NCBI GenBank assembly: GCA_002297365.1
Contig: DBKT01000011.1
Location: forward strand, 18,650 to 82,649
From: Bacillales bacterium UBA743
GTDB lineage: Bacteria; Bacillota_I; Bacilli_A; RFN20; CAG-826
Reading direction: 5' to 3'
Length of the DNA: 64,000 nucleotides
Shown here: positions 54,206-64,000 of the stretch, in pieces
How positions within the stretch are numbered: the first letter of the stretch is position 1
Layout of the letters: each line of letters begins with the position of its first letter
Notes under the pieces: generated by a model
The model's input: only the letters and a program-made list of their open reading frames with translations
Database searches by the model: none
What the model was told of the DNA's origin: nothing
Translations under genes and position numbers: made by a program

Positions 54206-55096
54206 ATGAAAAACTTTGTATTATCTTGCGAATCGACCGTGGATCTTCCTTATTCCTATGTCATGGAGCGCGGTTTGAAAGTCTTGTTTTATTCTTATAG
54301 CGTAGAAGGGAAAACCTATATTGATGATATGGGAAAAGATCCGAATTCTTTGAATCGTTTTTATGATTTCTTGAAAAAAGGCCATATTCCAACCACTTCC
54401 CAAATCAACGAATTCACTTACGAAGAATTTTTCCGCAAAGAGCTAAGCGAAGGAAATGATTTGCTGCATCTTTGTTTCGGAACGGGAATGACGCAATCTT
54501 ACAATCAGGCAATAAACGCTGCCGAAGTCGTGCGCAAAGAGTTCCCTGAAAGAAAGCTCATCGTCATTGACACGACTTGTTCCTCTTCAGGATATGGAAT
54601 GATTGTCGATGATGCAGCCGACCTATGGGATAAAGGGATGAGTCTAGAGGAAGTTGCAGCCTATGTAGAAAAAACGAAATACAATATCCACCACCAATTC
54701 TTCACGACGGATTTAAAGTATTTCAAACGCACTGGCCGTGTTTCGGGACCGGCCGCTTCTTTAGGAGCCGTGCTAAGGATTTGCCCGCTTATGCATCTGA
54801 ATCATGCTGGCAGGATCATTGCCTATTCTAAGGTCATCGGCAAAAGAAACGCCATTAAAGCAACCCTTGATTGGATGGAAAAGCATGCCCAAGATGGCAA
54901 AAACTATAACGGAAAAATCTTCATTTCCCATTCCCATGCATTAGAGGATGCGGAAACAGTCAAATCCCAAATCGAAGAACGTTTCCCAAATCTCAAAGGC
55001 AAGGTAAGAATCTTTGATATCGGCACCATCATCGCTTCGCATACGGGCCCTGGAACGGTCGCGGTTTATTTCCATGGGGATCCAAGGGCGGAATAA
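54206..55096 (+). CDS. DegV-family fatty-acid-binding protein
   Basis: 296 aa. DegV blocks LSCESTVDLP...IDTTCSSSG. Confidence 0.85.
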   Translation: MKNFVLSCESTVDLPYSYVMERGLKVLFYSYSVEGKTYIDDMGKDPNSLNRFYDFLKKGHIPTTSQINEFTYEEFFRKELSEGNDLLHLCFGTGMTQSYNQAINAAEVVRKEFPERKLIVIDTTCSSSGYGMIVDDAADLWDKGMSLEEVAAYVEKTKYNIHHQFFTTDLKYFKRTGRVSGPAASLGAVLRICPLMHLNHAGRIIAYSKVIGKRNAIKATLDWMEKHAQDGKNYNGKIFISHSHALEDAETVKSQIEERFPNLKGKVRIFDIGTIIASHTGPGTVAVYFHGDPRAE

Positions 55097-55113
55097 AACG
55101 GCTTCGGCCGTTT

Positions 55114-56193
55114 TTATTTTTGATCGGAATGGTAACGTTTCTTTTCTTTGTACATGTTTTCGTCGAAATTCTGCAAGAACTCCTCTGGGGATTGTCCTTT
55201 TAAATAGGTCGCATATCCTAAGGAGGCAAAAAGCTCATAAGGTTTTTTCCTAGAATTGTTGAACTCCTCAAATCCGAGATTGATATGGTCAATATAACGA
55301 GAGATCTCTTTTTTGTCAGCCGTTCTGATAAGAACGACGAACTCATCGCCAGAAAGGCGGATAATCGGTGCGAAATGGCCAACGGATTTCATCAGCAAAG
55401 AAGCAAAATCAGTAAGGGCCTTGTCACCGAAATCATGTCCAAAACAATCATTGATGCTCTTAAAATCATTGATATCAAGCATGATTCCCGTCAAAACAGG
55501 CCGTTTCTTTCCTTGCATGGAACGGACAATGTAATTGAAATAGGCGCGATTAAGCAAACCCGTGAGCTCATCGCGGAAAATGCGCTCGCTTTTAATGGAG
55601 GCAATCATCCCCGCTAAGCCAATTATGAAAGATGGCCAAAGGACGCTCACATTAGAGACAAAAGTTTGAAAAAATATGCCAAAGACAACAGGAACCAAGA
55701 ATAAATAATAAGGGAAAAAGCGTGTGGTTTTCCCTTTTTTTAAGGCGTACAGATACATGAAAAGAGAATAAATCAAGCAAAAGACATCCAAGGAAAGAGG
55801 CAAATAATATCCATATAAACGGATATAGAGGTTATTTTCGTTTATCTGGAAGATGAAAGGGACAAAAAGATTGACGATAACGGCTCCAAACACCGCCAAA
55901 GCCAAAAGGCTCATCAAGATAAAACTTATTAGGCTCTCGCCATGGAAGAAATGTCGGTGAAGAAACAAAAGGATGGTAAAGGCAAATACCGTCACCATGA
56001 GGTAGCCCAATGAATTCGAAATATAGGAGAGATAAAAAGAAGCGGTCCCAGGCATCCCGTCGACTACATCCGCAAGAATTTCGTTAAGCGTGCCAAAAAG
56101 AGCAACCCCAAAAAGAACAAGCAGAATCCTATTCTCTTTTTCCTTTTGATGCAAAGTACGGTAATTTGCAACAAAAAGGACAAACAGAAGCAT
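55114..56193 (-). CDS. Membrane protein with C-terminal GGDEF domain carrying the SGDEF active-site variant, a putative diguanylate cyclase
   Basis: Six TM helices followed by RDELTGLLNR...DINDFKSINDCFGHDFGD...RLSGDEF. The track TTG start is at 56196 and the ATG at 56193. Confidence 0.7.
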   Translation of the reverse strand: MLLFVLFVANYRTLHQKEKENRILLVLFGVALFGTLNEILADVVDGMPGTASFYLSYISNSLGYLMVTVFAFTILLFLHRHFFHGESLISFILMSLLALAVFGAVIVNLFVPFIFQINENNLYIRLYGYYLPLSLDVFCLIYSLFMYLYALKKGKTTRFFPYYLFLVPVVFGIFFQTFVSNVSVLWPSFIIGLAGMIASIKSERIFRDELTGLLNRAYFNYIVRSMQGKKRPVLTGIMLDINDFKSINDCFGHDFGDKALTDFASLLMKSVGHFAPIIRLSGDEFVVLIRTADKKEISRYIDHINLGFEEFNNSRKKPYELFASLGYATYLKGQSPEEFLQNFDENMYKEKKRYHSDQK

Positions 56194-56335
56194 CAATTGG
56201 TTGCTAGCATGGAAATCAAAAAGGAGGAAACATTCATAACATAATTAATTCATTAGAAAAATTATATTACAAAGTCCCTCCTTTTATTAGCGATATGCCT
56301 AAAAAGACGTTCTTTGAAATGCCAGAGGATTGCCT

Positions 56336-59047
56336 TTAGGATTTTTTGGAAGACAATTTCTTCTTCAAGAACAAAACGAAAACAACGATTTCATGGACAA
56401 CAAGAGGGCTTATCCCCAACCCAAACAGCCATAAGAAATCCCATCCTTCAAGAGGGACGACTTGGAAAAGGGTGTTGACGCCTGGAACGAAAATAACAAA
56501 GAATTGCAAAGCCATCCCAATAACAAAGGAAAGCCAAAGCAAGATGTTTTTATCCTTAAAGACACGAACGAAACTATGTCTTGTATCCGTCATTCCTAAC
56601 ATATGGAACAACTCGCTCATCGAGAGAACACAGAATGCCATAGCCTGGGCTTCTTCTAAAACGGCGACATCGCAGGTGTCAAAGAAATTTCGAATTTCCA
56701 CTGGGTTCAAGGTAAAGCCCATTCTCATCCACGCAACGGATAAGAACGCAACCAAAGTGATAATGCCAATCCATGCGCCATAGCCAAAAGTAACCCCATA
56801 TCCGCCATGGGAGAATAAAGACTCTTTTGGATCTCTTGGTTTCTCTTCCATGATGCCTTTCGGTTTTTTATCGGCGCCTAGTGCAACGGCAGGCAAGGAA
56901 TCCGTAATCAAATTCACCCAAAGAAGATGAATGGCGATAAGGGGCGAGGGGAGGCCGATTATCGCAGCTAAAAGCATCCCGATGACTTCGCCAACGTTGC
57001 TAGAAAGAAGGAAAAGAATCGTTTTTTTGATATTGGCGTAAATGCCTCTTCCTTCTTCCACCGCTTTTTCGATAGAAGCAAAATTATCATCGGTAAGAAC
57101 CATATCTGCCGCGCCTTTTGCAACATCCGTCCCCGTAATGCCCATAGCGATTCCAATATCGGCTCCTTTCAAAGATGGAGCGTCATTGACCCCGTCTCCG
57201 GTCATCGCGACGACATTCCCATTGGCGCGAATGGCTTTGACGATAGAGACTTTGTTTTGAGGGGATACGCGGGCAAAAACGCGTATTGTTTTCACTTTTT
57301 CTCTTAACTCTTCTTCAGAGCACGCATCAATTTGCTCACCGCTCATCGCTTGAGAAGGATCCTCAGCGATTCCAAGTTCCTTGGCGATGGCAAAAGCGGT
57401 GTCTTTGTGATCGCCAGTAATCATAATCGTCGTAATTCCGGCTTTCTTTAATGTATCGACTGCGGGTTTGGCTTCCTTTCTTGGAGGATCAACCATGCCA
57501 ACAAGGCCAACGAAAGTGAGATTCTCTTCTTGAATCTGATTGCCATAGGAAACAGCCAATGCCAAGACACGTAAAGCGTTGTTGGACATATTCTTAGCCG
57601 CTTCTTCAATATGATCGCGTTTTTCCTTTGTTAGGGGGGATACTTTTTCATTTATAAGTATATGGGTCGCATGTTTTAGGATTTGATCCATCGCGCCTTT
57701 GGTATAGATGACTTTCTTATCTCCCTCCTGGTGCATCGTCGACATCATTTTTCTTACGGAGTCGAAAGGCAACTCGTCGATACGGGGTTCTTCTTTTTCC
57801 AAATCACCCTTATGCATGCCAAAAGAATTAGCGAATTCAACCAAGGCAACCTCGGTAGGATCGCCATATACCCCTCCGTCGACTTTAGCATCCGAACAAA
57901 GGGACATGCCTTTCGCTAAAAGGGAGAGTTCCTTTTTGTCGAATTCTTGCTGGGTGAAGGTCTTTTCGTCCGCATAAGCCGAAACAACCGTCATCTTATT
58001 TTGAGTAAGAGTCCCTGTTTTATCAGAGCAGACAACGGATACAGCCCCAAGGGTTTCAACTGAAGCGAGGCGACGAACAATGGTATTCACCTTTACCATC
58101 TTGCTCATGCCCATCGCCAAAACAATCGTGACGACCGCCGTCAAACCTTCTGGAATTGCGGCGACCGCTAACGCGACGGAGTCCAATAAAGCGTTGCTCC
58201 ACTCACTAACAAAATTGTTATTCACAAGCGTCCAAAGGATTTTGATCCCTAACATCAGGATAACGATGATGATGGTCAATATCCCCAAAAACTTAGATAA
58301 ACCCGTTAACTTCTTTTGCAAAGGCGTTTCTTCTTCACCTTCGTTGGAAAGCATGGAAGCAATCTTTCCGATTTCCGTATGCATGCCAGTGGAAACAACA
58401 ACGCCTTCCCCACGCCCATAAACGACTGGCGTGGACATGAAGACCTCATTGATGCGGTCACCCACTCCGGATTCGCTTGAAAGAACGCAATCGGCATTCT
58501 TCTCGACCGGAAGGGATTCACCAGTGAGCGAGGATTCGTCTGTTTTCAAAGAGAAGCTTTTAATCAGACGCAAATCAGCTGGAACCGTTCTTCCCTCTTC
58601 TAAGATAACGATGTCGCCAACAACGAGATCCTCCGCTGGAACTTCGATGATTTTCCCATCTCTTCTTACGGTTGCGGTTGGCGCAGACATTTTCTTTAAG
58701 GCTTCTAGGGCCTTTTCCGCTTTCATCTCTTGGATGGTGCCAATCAAAGCGTTTATTAAAACGACGCCGAAAATAATGAAGACGTCGGCCAAACCTTCCG
58801 CCCCTTCCTTATCCCAGTTTAAGATAGCTAAAACAAGGGAAATAATCGCCGCGATGGCGAGCACCAAAGTCATTGGATCGGCAATGTTGTCCCAAAAAAT
58901 CTTATACCATGGGTCCCCTCTTTTTTCGTGAAGCTTGTTGTGCCCATCTCTTTTTTGCCTAAGCTCCGCTTCCTCTTGACTTAATCCTCTTTCGGCATCA
59001 ACGGAAAAAGAAGATAAAGTCTCTTTGACGTTTTTGTTTTCAAACAT
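56336..59047 (-). CDS. P-type cation-transporting ATPase (Ca2+ pump, SERCA/PMCA-like, P2 type)
   Basis: DKTGTLT, TGD...GDGVNDAPSL and ten TM helices. ATG at 59047 with GAGGAG RBS. The track start at 59164 is an extension. Confidence 0.85.
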   Translation of the reverse strand: MFENKNVKETLSSFSVDAERGLSQEEAELRQKRDGHNKLHEKRGDPWYKIFWDNIADPMTLVLAIAAIISLVLAILNWDKEGAEGLADVFIIFGVVLINALIGTIQEMKAEKALEALKKMSAPTATVRRDGKIIEVPAEDLVVGDIVILEEGRTVPADLRLIKSFSLKTDESSLTGESLPVEKNADCVLSSESGVGDRINEVFMSTPVVYGRGEGVVVSTGMHTEIGKIASMLSNEGEEETPLQKKLTGLSKFLGILTIIIVILMLGIKILWTLVNNNFVSEWSNALLDSVALAVAAIPEGLTAVVTIVLAMGMSKMVKVNTIVRRLASVETLGAVSVVCSDKTGTLTQNKMTVVSAYADEKTFTQQEFDKKELSLLAKGMSLCSDAKVDGGVYGDPTEVALVEFANSFGMHKGDLEKEEPRIDELPFDSVRKMMSTMHQEGDKKVIYTKGAMDQILKHATHILINEKVSPLTKEKRDHIEEAAKNMSNNALRVLALAVSYGNQIQEENLTFVGLVGMVDPPRKEAKPAVDTLKKAGITTIMITGDHKDTAFAIAKELGIAEDPSQAMSGEQIDACSEEELREKVKTIRVFARVSPQNKVSIVKAIRANGNVVAMTGDGVNDAPSLKGADIGIAMGITGTDVAKGAADMVLTDDNFASIEKAVEEGRGIYANIKKTILFLLSSNVGEVIGMLLAAIIGLPSPLIAIHLLWVNLITDSLPAVALGADKKPKGIMEEKPRDPKESLFSHGGYGVTFGYGAWIGIITLVAFLSVAWMRMGFTLNPVEIRNFFDTCDVAVLEEAQAMAFCVLSMSELFHMLGMTDTRHSFVRVFKDKNILLWLSFVIGMALQFFVIFVPGVNTLFQVVPLEGWDFLWLFGLGISPLVVHEIVVFVLFLKKKLSSKKS

Positions 59048-59253
59048 ATCTCTCTCCTCATCGAAAACTCGGTAAGGTCTTGCGAGGCAGATGCCGCTTG
59101 GTTCCGGCCTTAAGGCGTGCTGACGAAATCCAAGCTTAACGCTACTCTCCTTAGCGCAAAACATTTTAGCAACTAAATGATTTTAGAGAAAGATATCAAA
59201 TCGAAAGAAATATCAGATTTGACAAATAATAACGAAAGAAACAAAATAGCCGC

Positions 59254-59517
59254 ATGCAGTCCTATTCTTTGTTTCTTTATGTCTCTTCAACGTGTGCGAA
59301 ATGCATGATGATTGAGCCTCTTTTGAAAGATTATCTGAAAATGAGGCCAGATATATCCTATTTTGAGATTAATGTGGATAAAAAAGAGGGATTCCAGCTT
59401 GCTTTGAAGAACAATGTGTTTTCCTTGCCTACGCTTCTGATTCTTTTAGACGGAAAGGAAACAAAACGTTTTACATCTAATTTCGCTTTAGAGGATATCA
59501 AAGAATATTTGGATTAG
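59254..59517 (+). CDS. Thioredoxin-fold small protein with CxxC
   Basis: CAKC motif and thioredoxin-like length. Weak RBS. Its 3' end overlaps recN by 4 nt in convergent orientation. Confidence 0.45.
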   Translation: MQSYSLFLYVSSTCAKCMMIEPLLKDYLKMRPDISYFEINVDKKEGFQLALKNNVFSLPTLLILLDGKETKRFTSNFALEDIKEYLD

Positions 59518-61175
59518 TTCCCAAGCACCATTTCTTTGGCGTATTCCAATTGCTTTTCCGTCACCTTCCCTCCGGAAATCAAATAGGCGATCTGGCGAAT
59601 TTTTTCTTCTAAGGAGAGCTCTTTTACGCTGGAATACGTTCTTCCGTCTTTTACCGTTTTGGAAATTAATATTGGGTGATCGGATAAAGAGGCAACTTGA
59701 GGCATATGGGTGATCGATATCACTTGGGTCGTCAAAGAGATTTCTTTGATCTTCCTTGCCACAGCTTGCGCCGTTTCGCCTGAAATACCTGTGTCAATCT
59801 CATCGAAAATAATGGTTGGTATGCGGTTTGCTTTGATAAAGAGAGCCTTGAAAGCAAGCATAATACGCGAAGCTTCCCCGCCGGATATCACCTTAGAAAG
59901 AGGCTTTAATCCTTCGCCAATGTTTGTTTCAATCAGGAAATCGACATCGTCGATGCCATTCTCTTTCAAAGAGGTTTCATCTTCTTTTGTTTCTCTAAAC
60001 AGAATTTGGAAACGCACCTTTAAAAGAAGGTCTTTTAGACTATGGGTAAGCTCCTTTTCAATGGTTTTAGCGTTTCTTTTTCTTAATAAGGTAAGCTCTT
60101 TTGCTTTGGAAATGGTTTCTTTCAAGGATTGAAGCATTTCTTCTTTCTTCTCTTCTAGTGAATCCTCAAAGGAAGAATTCTTTCCTAAAATGGTTCCCAA
60201 TTCATCACGGTAAGCGATTAACTCTGGAATGCTTTTTTTGTATTTTCTTTGCAAGGACGACAAATCGGAATCTCTTTGCTCTAAATCGTTTAAACGGTTT
60301 GGGTCATAATCCAAAGAGCGGAATTCTTTCTTAAGACTGTTAAGGACGTCTTCGATTTCATAATAACGCTCATCTATCTTTTCATGCGATTCTTCATATT
60401 GTTTTTGATAGTTCGCAAGTTTCGCTAAGTTGTCCGATAAGCGATAGAAATCGTCCATAAAGGAACCATTGATGATTTCGTTGGTTTCTTGCACTAAAGA
60501 ATAGATCTTATCGTAATTGCGTAATAAGGATATTTCCGAGGAGATTTCCTCCTCTTCGCCTTCTTTAAGATCAGCGGCTTTTAATTCACCGTATTGATAC
60601 TCATAGAAGTCCCTTGCTTCTTCGAGTTTGGCTTTCTTTTCTAAAAGGAGATTATATTCTTCTTTCTTCTCTTTGTATTGATTTAAGAGGGACGTGTATT
60701 CATCTTTAAGACGAGTAGACAATTCGAAAGAGAATCCATCAATGATATCTAAGTAGTTCTCAGGATTCAGAATCTTCTCAAAATCGAATTGGCTATGGAT
60801 ATTAGCGAGATATTTGGAAATTTTAATCAAATCATTTAGAGAAACGGGAACGGAATTGATTTTCACGGCATTCTTATTTATGCCAATAAGGCGTTCCACT
60901 ACAATTTCATCATCGTTAATCGGAACATTGATTTTGCTTAAATAAGCGCTTAATTCAGGTCTTTCAACAGAAAAATAACCGGTAACGGACGCTTTGCTTT
61001 CGCCTGAGCGGATAAGTTCAGAGGAAGCTCTCATCCCCAAAAGAAGAGAGAGGGAATCGATCATTAAGCTCTTTCCTGCGCCTGTTTCGCCTAGCAAAAC
61101 AGAAAAACCATCTTGAAAAGAGACATCAACATTTTCAAAGATGGCTAAATTATGAATGATTAAGCGTTTTAACAT
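59514..61175 (-). CDS. recN: DNA repair protein RecN
   Basis: N-terminal GETGAGKS, SMC-like coiled coil, and C-terminal signature LSGGE...DEID. Confidence 0.9.
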   Translation of the reverse strand: MLKRLIIHNLAIFENVDVSFQDGFSVLLGETGAGKSLMIDSLSLLLGMRASSELIRSGESKASVTGYFSVERPELSAYLSKINVPINDDEIVVERLIGINKNAVKINSVPVSLNDLIKISKYLANIHSQFDFEKILNPENYLDIIDGFSFELSTRLKDEYTSLLNQYKEKKEEYNLLLEKKAKLEEARDFYEYQYGELKAADLKEGEEEEISSEISLLRNYDKIYSLVQETNEIINGSFMDDFYRLSDNLAKLANYQKQYEESHEKIDERYYEIEDVLNSLKKEFRSLDYDPNRLNDLEQRDSDLSSLQRKYKKSIPELIAYRDELGTILGKNSSFEDSLEEKKEEMLQSLKETISKAKELTLLRKRNAKTIEKELTHSLKDLLLKVRFQILFRETKEDETSLKENGIDDVDFLIETNIGEGLKPLSKVISGGEASRIMLAFKALFIKANRIPTIIFDEIDTGISGETAQAVARKIKEISLTTQVISITHMPQVASLSDHPILISKTVKDGRTYSSVKELSLEEKIRQIAYLISGGKVTEKQLEYAKEMVLGN

Positions 61176-61284
61176 CCTAACGATTATAAAAGAAATCAGA
61201 AAAAAGATTAATGGTTCCCGTAACTTTCCGCGACGATTCCAAAGATTCCGCCAAGAAGGAAGAAGATGTCACCACTGCAAGCCC

Positions 61285-61554
61285 CTAAACAATCGATAGG
61301 ATATGAGGTGCCAAGTCAGTTTTACGATTACCGATTGCCTTTCTCCCTTTCGTTCCAAGAATGGTAACTAAAAGATAAACGAAAGCAATGATTGCACCGG
61401 CAATAACCATCGTCATGCCAGCCGCTTTGGGCTCGGCATCTTCAGCCATGAAATAAGCGGCGAGACCGCCTCCCAGCATAAAAATGCCAGCAACAAGGCC
61501 AAGGACGGCAAAAATCGTGCCAACTATGTACATGATTCTTGCTGCTGTTTTCAT
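61285..61554 (-). CDS. Small two-TM membrane protein
   Basis: 89 aa, with two hydrophobic helices. Confidence 0.35.
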   Translation of the reverse strand: MKTAARIMYIVGTIFAVLGLVAGIFMLGGGLAAYFMAEDAEPKAAGMTMVIAGAIIAFVYLLVTILGTKGRKAIGNRKTDLAPHILSIV

Positions 61555-61566
61555 ATTTGTCCTTCC

Positions 61567-62586
61567 TTAATTGATTGCTCCAAATTTACGAATAACCCAG
61601 AGCATAAAGGCAGAGGAAGCCTTTCCTACCCAGTTATTGAAAGCTGGCCAAAAAACATGAGGATGGAAGCGGAGCATTTTCCATTGTTTTGGATTGTCCT
61701 TCTTTAAAGCGTTAATGAATCCCGCTTTTTCTTTCTTCGAAACGCTCTTTTCTTTAAAAGAGGTATACATTAAAGGCGAAGTGACCATCATTACCAATTG
61801 ATGTCTCATGAGGTAATAAAGGCGATTGTTTGATTTTTTTATGCTCTTTAAATCCAAGGTATTGAAAGCCAATTCCGCCACTCTCATAAGATTCTCGTTT
61901 CTTTTAATGAGATTGCTTGTTTGCATGGATTGCCCATCTCTTCCTAAAAGGTATTGATATAGAGGCGTGTCCAAATACACCAGTTTTTTCACAAAAGGAA
62001 GAGGGGCGTATATCAAATAATTGTCTTCATAAAAACAATGTTCCGGAAGGATAATGCCCGATTCTTTCAAAGTCCCTAAGCGGTAAACAACAGAATGCAA
62101 GGTGAAGTTGTGACTGGCGTCAAAACGCTTGATGCCATTCCATCCGACGATTTGATTTGGCTTGATAAAGAAATTGTAGCTAATCAGCCTTCCGTTCTTA
62201 TTTTCAAAAGAACGGCGGTATTTATACGGCATTAAGATAAGATCGGCTTCTTTATTGGCGCGAATGAAATCCAAAAGCCTTTTTAGCCCTTCTTCTTCCA
62301 CCCAATCATCGGAATCCAAAACCTTGAAATAGGTACCTGTCGCTAAAGAGATAGCGGTATTGATCGCGCCGCCATGTCCTTTGTTTTCTTGGTGAACGGC
62401 CTTAAAAATATTCGGGTAGCGTCTTTCATAATCTTTAGCGATGGCCAAAGTGTTGTCTTTTGAGCCATCGTCAATGATAAGAACCTCAATTTCCTCTCCA
62501 CCAGGAATCAATGAATCTAAAGCGTGATATAAATAATCTTGTGAGTTATAAGAAGGCACGCAAAACGTAATTAATTTGCTCGACAT
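61567..62586 (-). CDS. Family 2 glycosyltransferase
   Basis: GT2 N-terminus FCVPSYNSQDYL...IDDGSKD and DSDD motif. Confidence 0.8.
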   Translation of the reverse strand: MSSKLITFCVPSYNSQDYLYHALDSLIPGGEEIEVLIIDDGSKDNTLAIAKDYERRYPNIFKAVHQENKGHGGAINTAISLATGTYFKVLDSDDWVEEEGLKRLLDFIRANKEADLILMPYKYRRSFENKNGRLISYNFFIKPNQIVGWNGIKRFDASHNFTLHSVVYRLGTLKESGIILPEHCFYEDNYLIYAPLPFVKKLVYLDTPLYQYLLGRDGQSMQTSNLIKRNENLMRVAELAFNTLDLKSIKKSNNRLYYLMRHQLVMMVTSPLMYTSFKEKSVSKKEKAGFINALKKDNPKQWKMLRFHPHVFWPAFNNWVGKASSAFMLWVIRKFGAIN

Positions 62587-64000
62587 GTTTTAGCCTCTTT
62601 CTCCCTCTTTTTCTGCTCTTTTTTCAGTTTTTTCCTCTCGTGCCCCATTTTGTTGAAATGATGCAAACCTTTCCAGAAATGCCCATTGAACATCATGATA
62701 AGCCCGTCTAACTGAGCCATGCTCATTGCTCCGCCCGTCATGCGGGAGAGTGCTCGCACAGGATTGTAGTATACGCCCATTACCAAAGTATTGGCAGTAG
62801 TTCTTTTCCCAATCTTTCTTAAGAAACGAATTCCAAAGAGGATGGCGCCCGCAAAAAGACGGCCTGTCCATCCTTTCGCATAATGAAGATCGCTGATGGA
62901 GGAATTGTAGTCCACTTTGATACGATGTTTCTTCACGTAAGCGACATTCTTAGGAGGGAGCTCTCTTCCTAAAAGCTCTTTAAATTCTTCGTCTCCGATT
63001 TCCCTTACTTCTCCAGCGAAATAATGAGGGAGCTTGCTCTTGTCGTAAATGCCCTTTGCGTCAATCCCCTCTTTTTCAATCTCCCCAACCAAAGGAAGAT
63101 CTTTGCTGGATGCGCCAACATAGATTTGATATTTCCCCGCTTCCACTTCAAATTTATTTTCTTTGATATCCCAGAAACGGAACGCATATTCATCAAAAGG
63201 AATGAAGACTTCTTTGCTTTCGTGCGCTTTCAAGAAGACTTTCTGGAAACCCTTTAATTCACGGGCGGCGCGGAAAACATTTGAGTCTTTCATGCCGATG
63301 TACATCTGAGCGATCTCTTTTCCATCGACATCGCCTGTGTTTGTTAAGGTGAAACGAACGCCATCATCTGAGACTTTAAGATTGTCATATCGGAAGGTCG
63401 TATAGCTTAAGCCATAGCCAAACGGGAAACGAGCACCAACCATCGTATCCCCCGAATAATAGCGATAGCCAATAAAGAGGCCTTCGCGGTATTCGATGTT
63501 CTTATCATTCTTTCCAAAATGGTCGGCAGATGGGCAATCGGCATATCCATATGGGTAGGATTCCGCAAGTTTTCCAGAAGGATTCACTTTGCCAGTGAGG
63601 ATATTCAAAATTGCTTTCGCACCGGCTTCTCCTGGCAAATAAGCATGAAGGATGGCATCAACACGGTCGGCAAATGGCATCTCGATTGGAGCGCCACATT
63701 CCAAAATCAAAATAACCTTTTTGCCTGTGTGGTATATAGCGGAGATCAAATCCCTTTGATTCCCAGGCAAACGAATATTGGCTCGATCGATGCCTTCCGC
63801 TTCGGTAACCTCATCAAGACCGGCAAAGAGAAGAACGGTATCCGCCTTCTCAGCAAGTTTCAACGCTTTATCAATTAAACGTTGGCTCTTTTTCCCATAA
63901 CGCTTGAAGCCTTTCTCATATCCGACGACGTTCAAAGGATATTCGCCAATCACTTCATTGATTTGATCGACTTTAAGAGGGTTCACGACGCTACTGCCTG
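62571..64000 (-). CDS. C-terminal portion of a GH3 beta-glucosidase-like enzyme. Its N-terminal catalytic domain lies outside the window.
   Basis: Canonical GH3 C-terminal domain: VLLFAGLD...KKVILILECGAPIEMPF...KVNPSGKL. The reading frame stays open to position 64000 and the track start is a GTG within it. Overlaps the GT2 gene by 16 nt. Confidence 0.7.
   Translation of the reverse strand, partial: GSSVVNPLKVDQINEVIGEYPLNVVGYEKGFKRYGKKSQRLIDKALKLAEKADTVLLFAGLDEVTEAEGIDRANIRLPGNQRDLISAIYHTGKKVILILECGAPIEMPFADRVDAILHAYLPGEAGAKAILNILTGKVNPSGKLAESYPYGYADCPSADHFGKNDKNIEYREGLFIGYRYYSGDTMVGARFPFGYGLSYTTFRYDNLKVSDDGVRFTLTNTGDVDGKEIAQMYIGMKDSNVFRAARELKGFQKVFLKAHESKEVFIPFDEYAFRFWDIKENKFEVEAGKYQIYVGASSKDLPLVGEIEKEGIDAKGIYDKSKLPHYFAGEVREIGDEEFKELLGRELPPKNVAYVKKHRIKVDYNSSISDLHYAKGWTGRLFAGAILFGIRFLRKIGKRTTANTLVMGVYYNPVRALSRMTGGAMSMAQLDGLIMMFNGHFWKGLHHFNKMGHERKKLKKEQKKREKEAKTCRAN

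Noticed and set aside
29417-59164. Long N-terminal extensions given by the ORF track (kdgK to 30523, BSH to 48158, P-type ATPase to 59164, 39278 and 40497 starts, activase to 22761)
   Set aside because: Internal ATG codons preceded by good Shine-Dalgarno sequences match the known family N-termini. The extensions overlap upstream genes, and the track simply takes the first ATG/GTG/TTG after a stop.
59514-59517. 4-nt convergent overlap of the thioredoxin-like ORF and recN as a regulatory antisense arrangement
   Set aside because: The overlap is probably a trivial stop-codon overlap. The small ORF itself is of modest confidence.
1-64000. Possibility of Mollicute genetic code (TGA=Trp)
   Set aside because: All long, family-consistent ORFs close on TGA as well as TAA/TAG. 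Several stops are TGA in ATGA overlaps, and no gene needs read-through. The standard code fits.
1-64000. CRISPR arrays, tRNA/rRNA genes, IS elements, integrases
   Set aside because: No spaced direct-repeat arrays were seen. No GGTTCGAATCC-type T-arm motifs occur in intergenic regions. No transposase- or integrase-like ORFs were found.

Overview
This is a 64 kb chromosomal window from an AT-rich, low-GC Gram-positive or wall-less (Firmicutes/Tenericutes-like) anaerobe that uses the standard genetic code. TGA acts as a stop codon throughout, so Mollicute code 4 is excluded. The window contains about 45 protein-coding genes. I saw no rRNA, tRNA, CRISPR array, IS element or prophage.

Ordinary content:
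- A partial Upf1-like SF1 helicase, Tex and a type-III glutamine synthetase.
- A nucleoside-salvage block: gpsA, a NUDIX hydrolase, a CAT-family acetyltransferase, a deoxynucleoside kinase, a BMP-family lipoprotein with its ABC transporter, and tdk.
- A complete beta-glucuronide/hexuronate utilisation locus: kdgK, eda, uxaC, an SDR that is probably uxuB, uxuA, an AraC-family regulator, a GPH transporter and a GH2 beta-glucuronidase. It is flanked by recurring cre-like and TTTGCAAT motifs.
- GH3 glycosidases, a choloylglycine-hydrolase (bile-salt hydrolase) homologue, a run of surface lipoproteins, DegV, a GGDEF membrane protein, a P-type ATPase, RecN and a GT2 glycosyltransferase.

The most unusual items are:
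- a five-gene operon on the minus strand: a CooC-like CxC ATPase, the beta and alpha subunits of a 2-hydroxyacyl-CoA-dehydratase/double-cubane-cluster-type protein, an HgdC-like activase and a Cys-motif hypothetical protein, with no CoA-transferase partner;
- a membrane-tethered double XRE-HTH regulator with a roughly 630-aa extracellular BspA-type LRR ectodomain;
- a SWIM zinc finger / Sel1-repeat / zinc-ribbon / TM / coiled-coil protein;
- an approximately 925-aa Cys-repeat surface lipoprotein whose reading frame is broken at an in-gene A6 tract, which may mark phase variation;
- a GH3 enzyme with apparently permuted domain order, anchored by a TM segment at each end;
- a DnaQ-like exonuclease with a degenerate duplicate domain and a BRCT-like tail.
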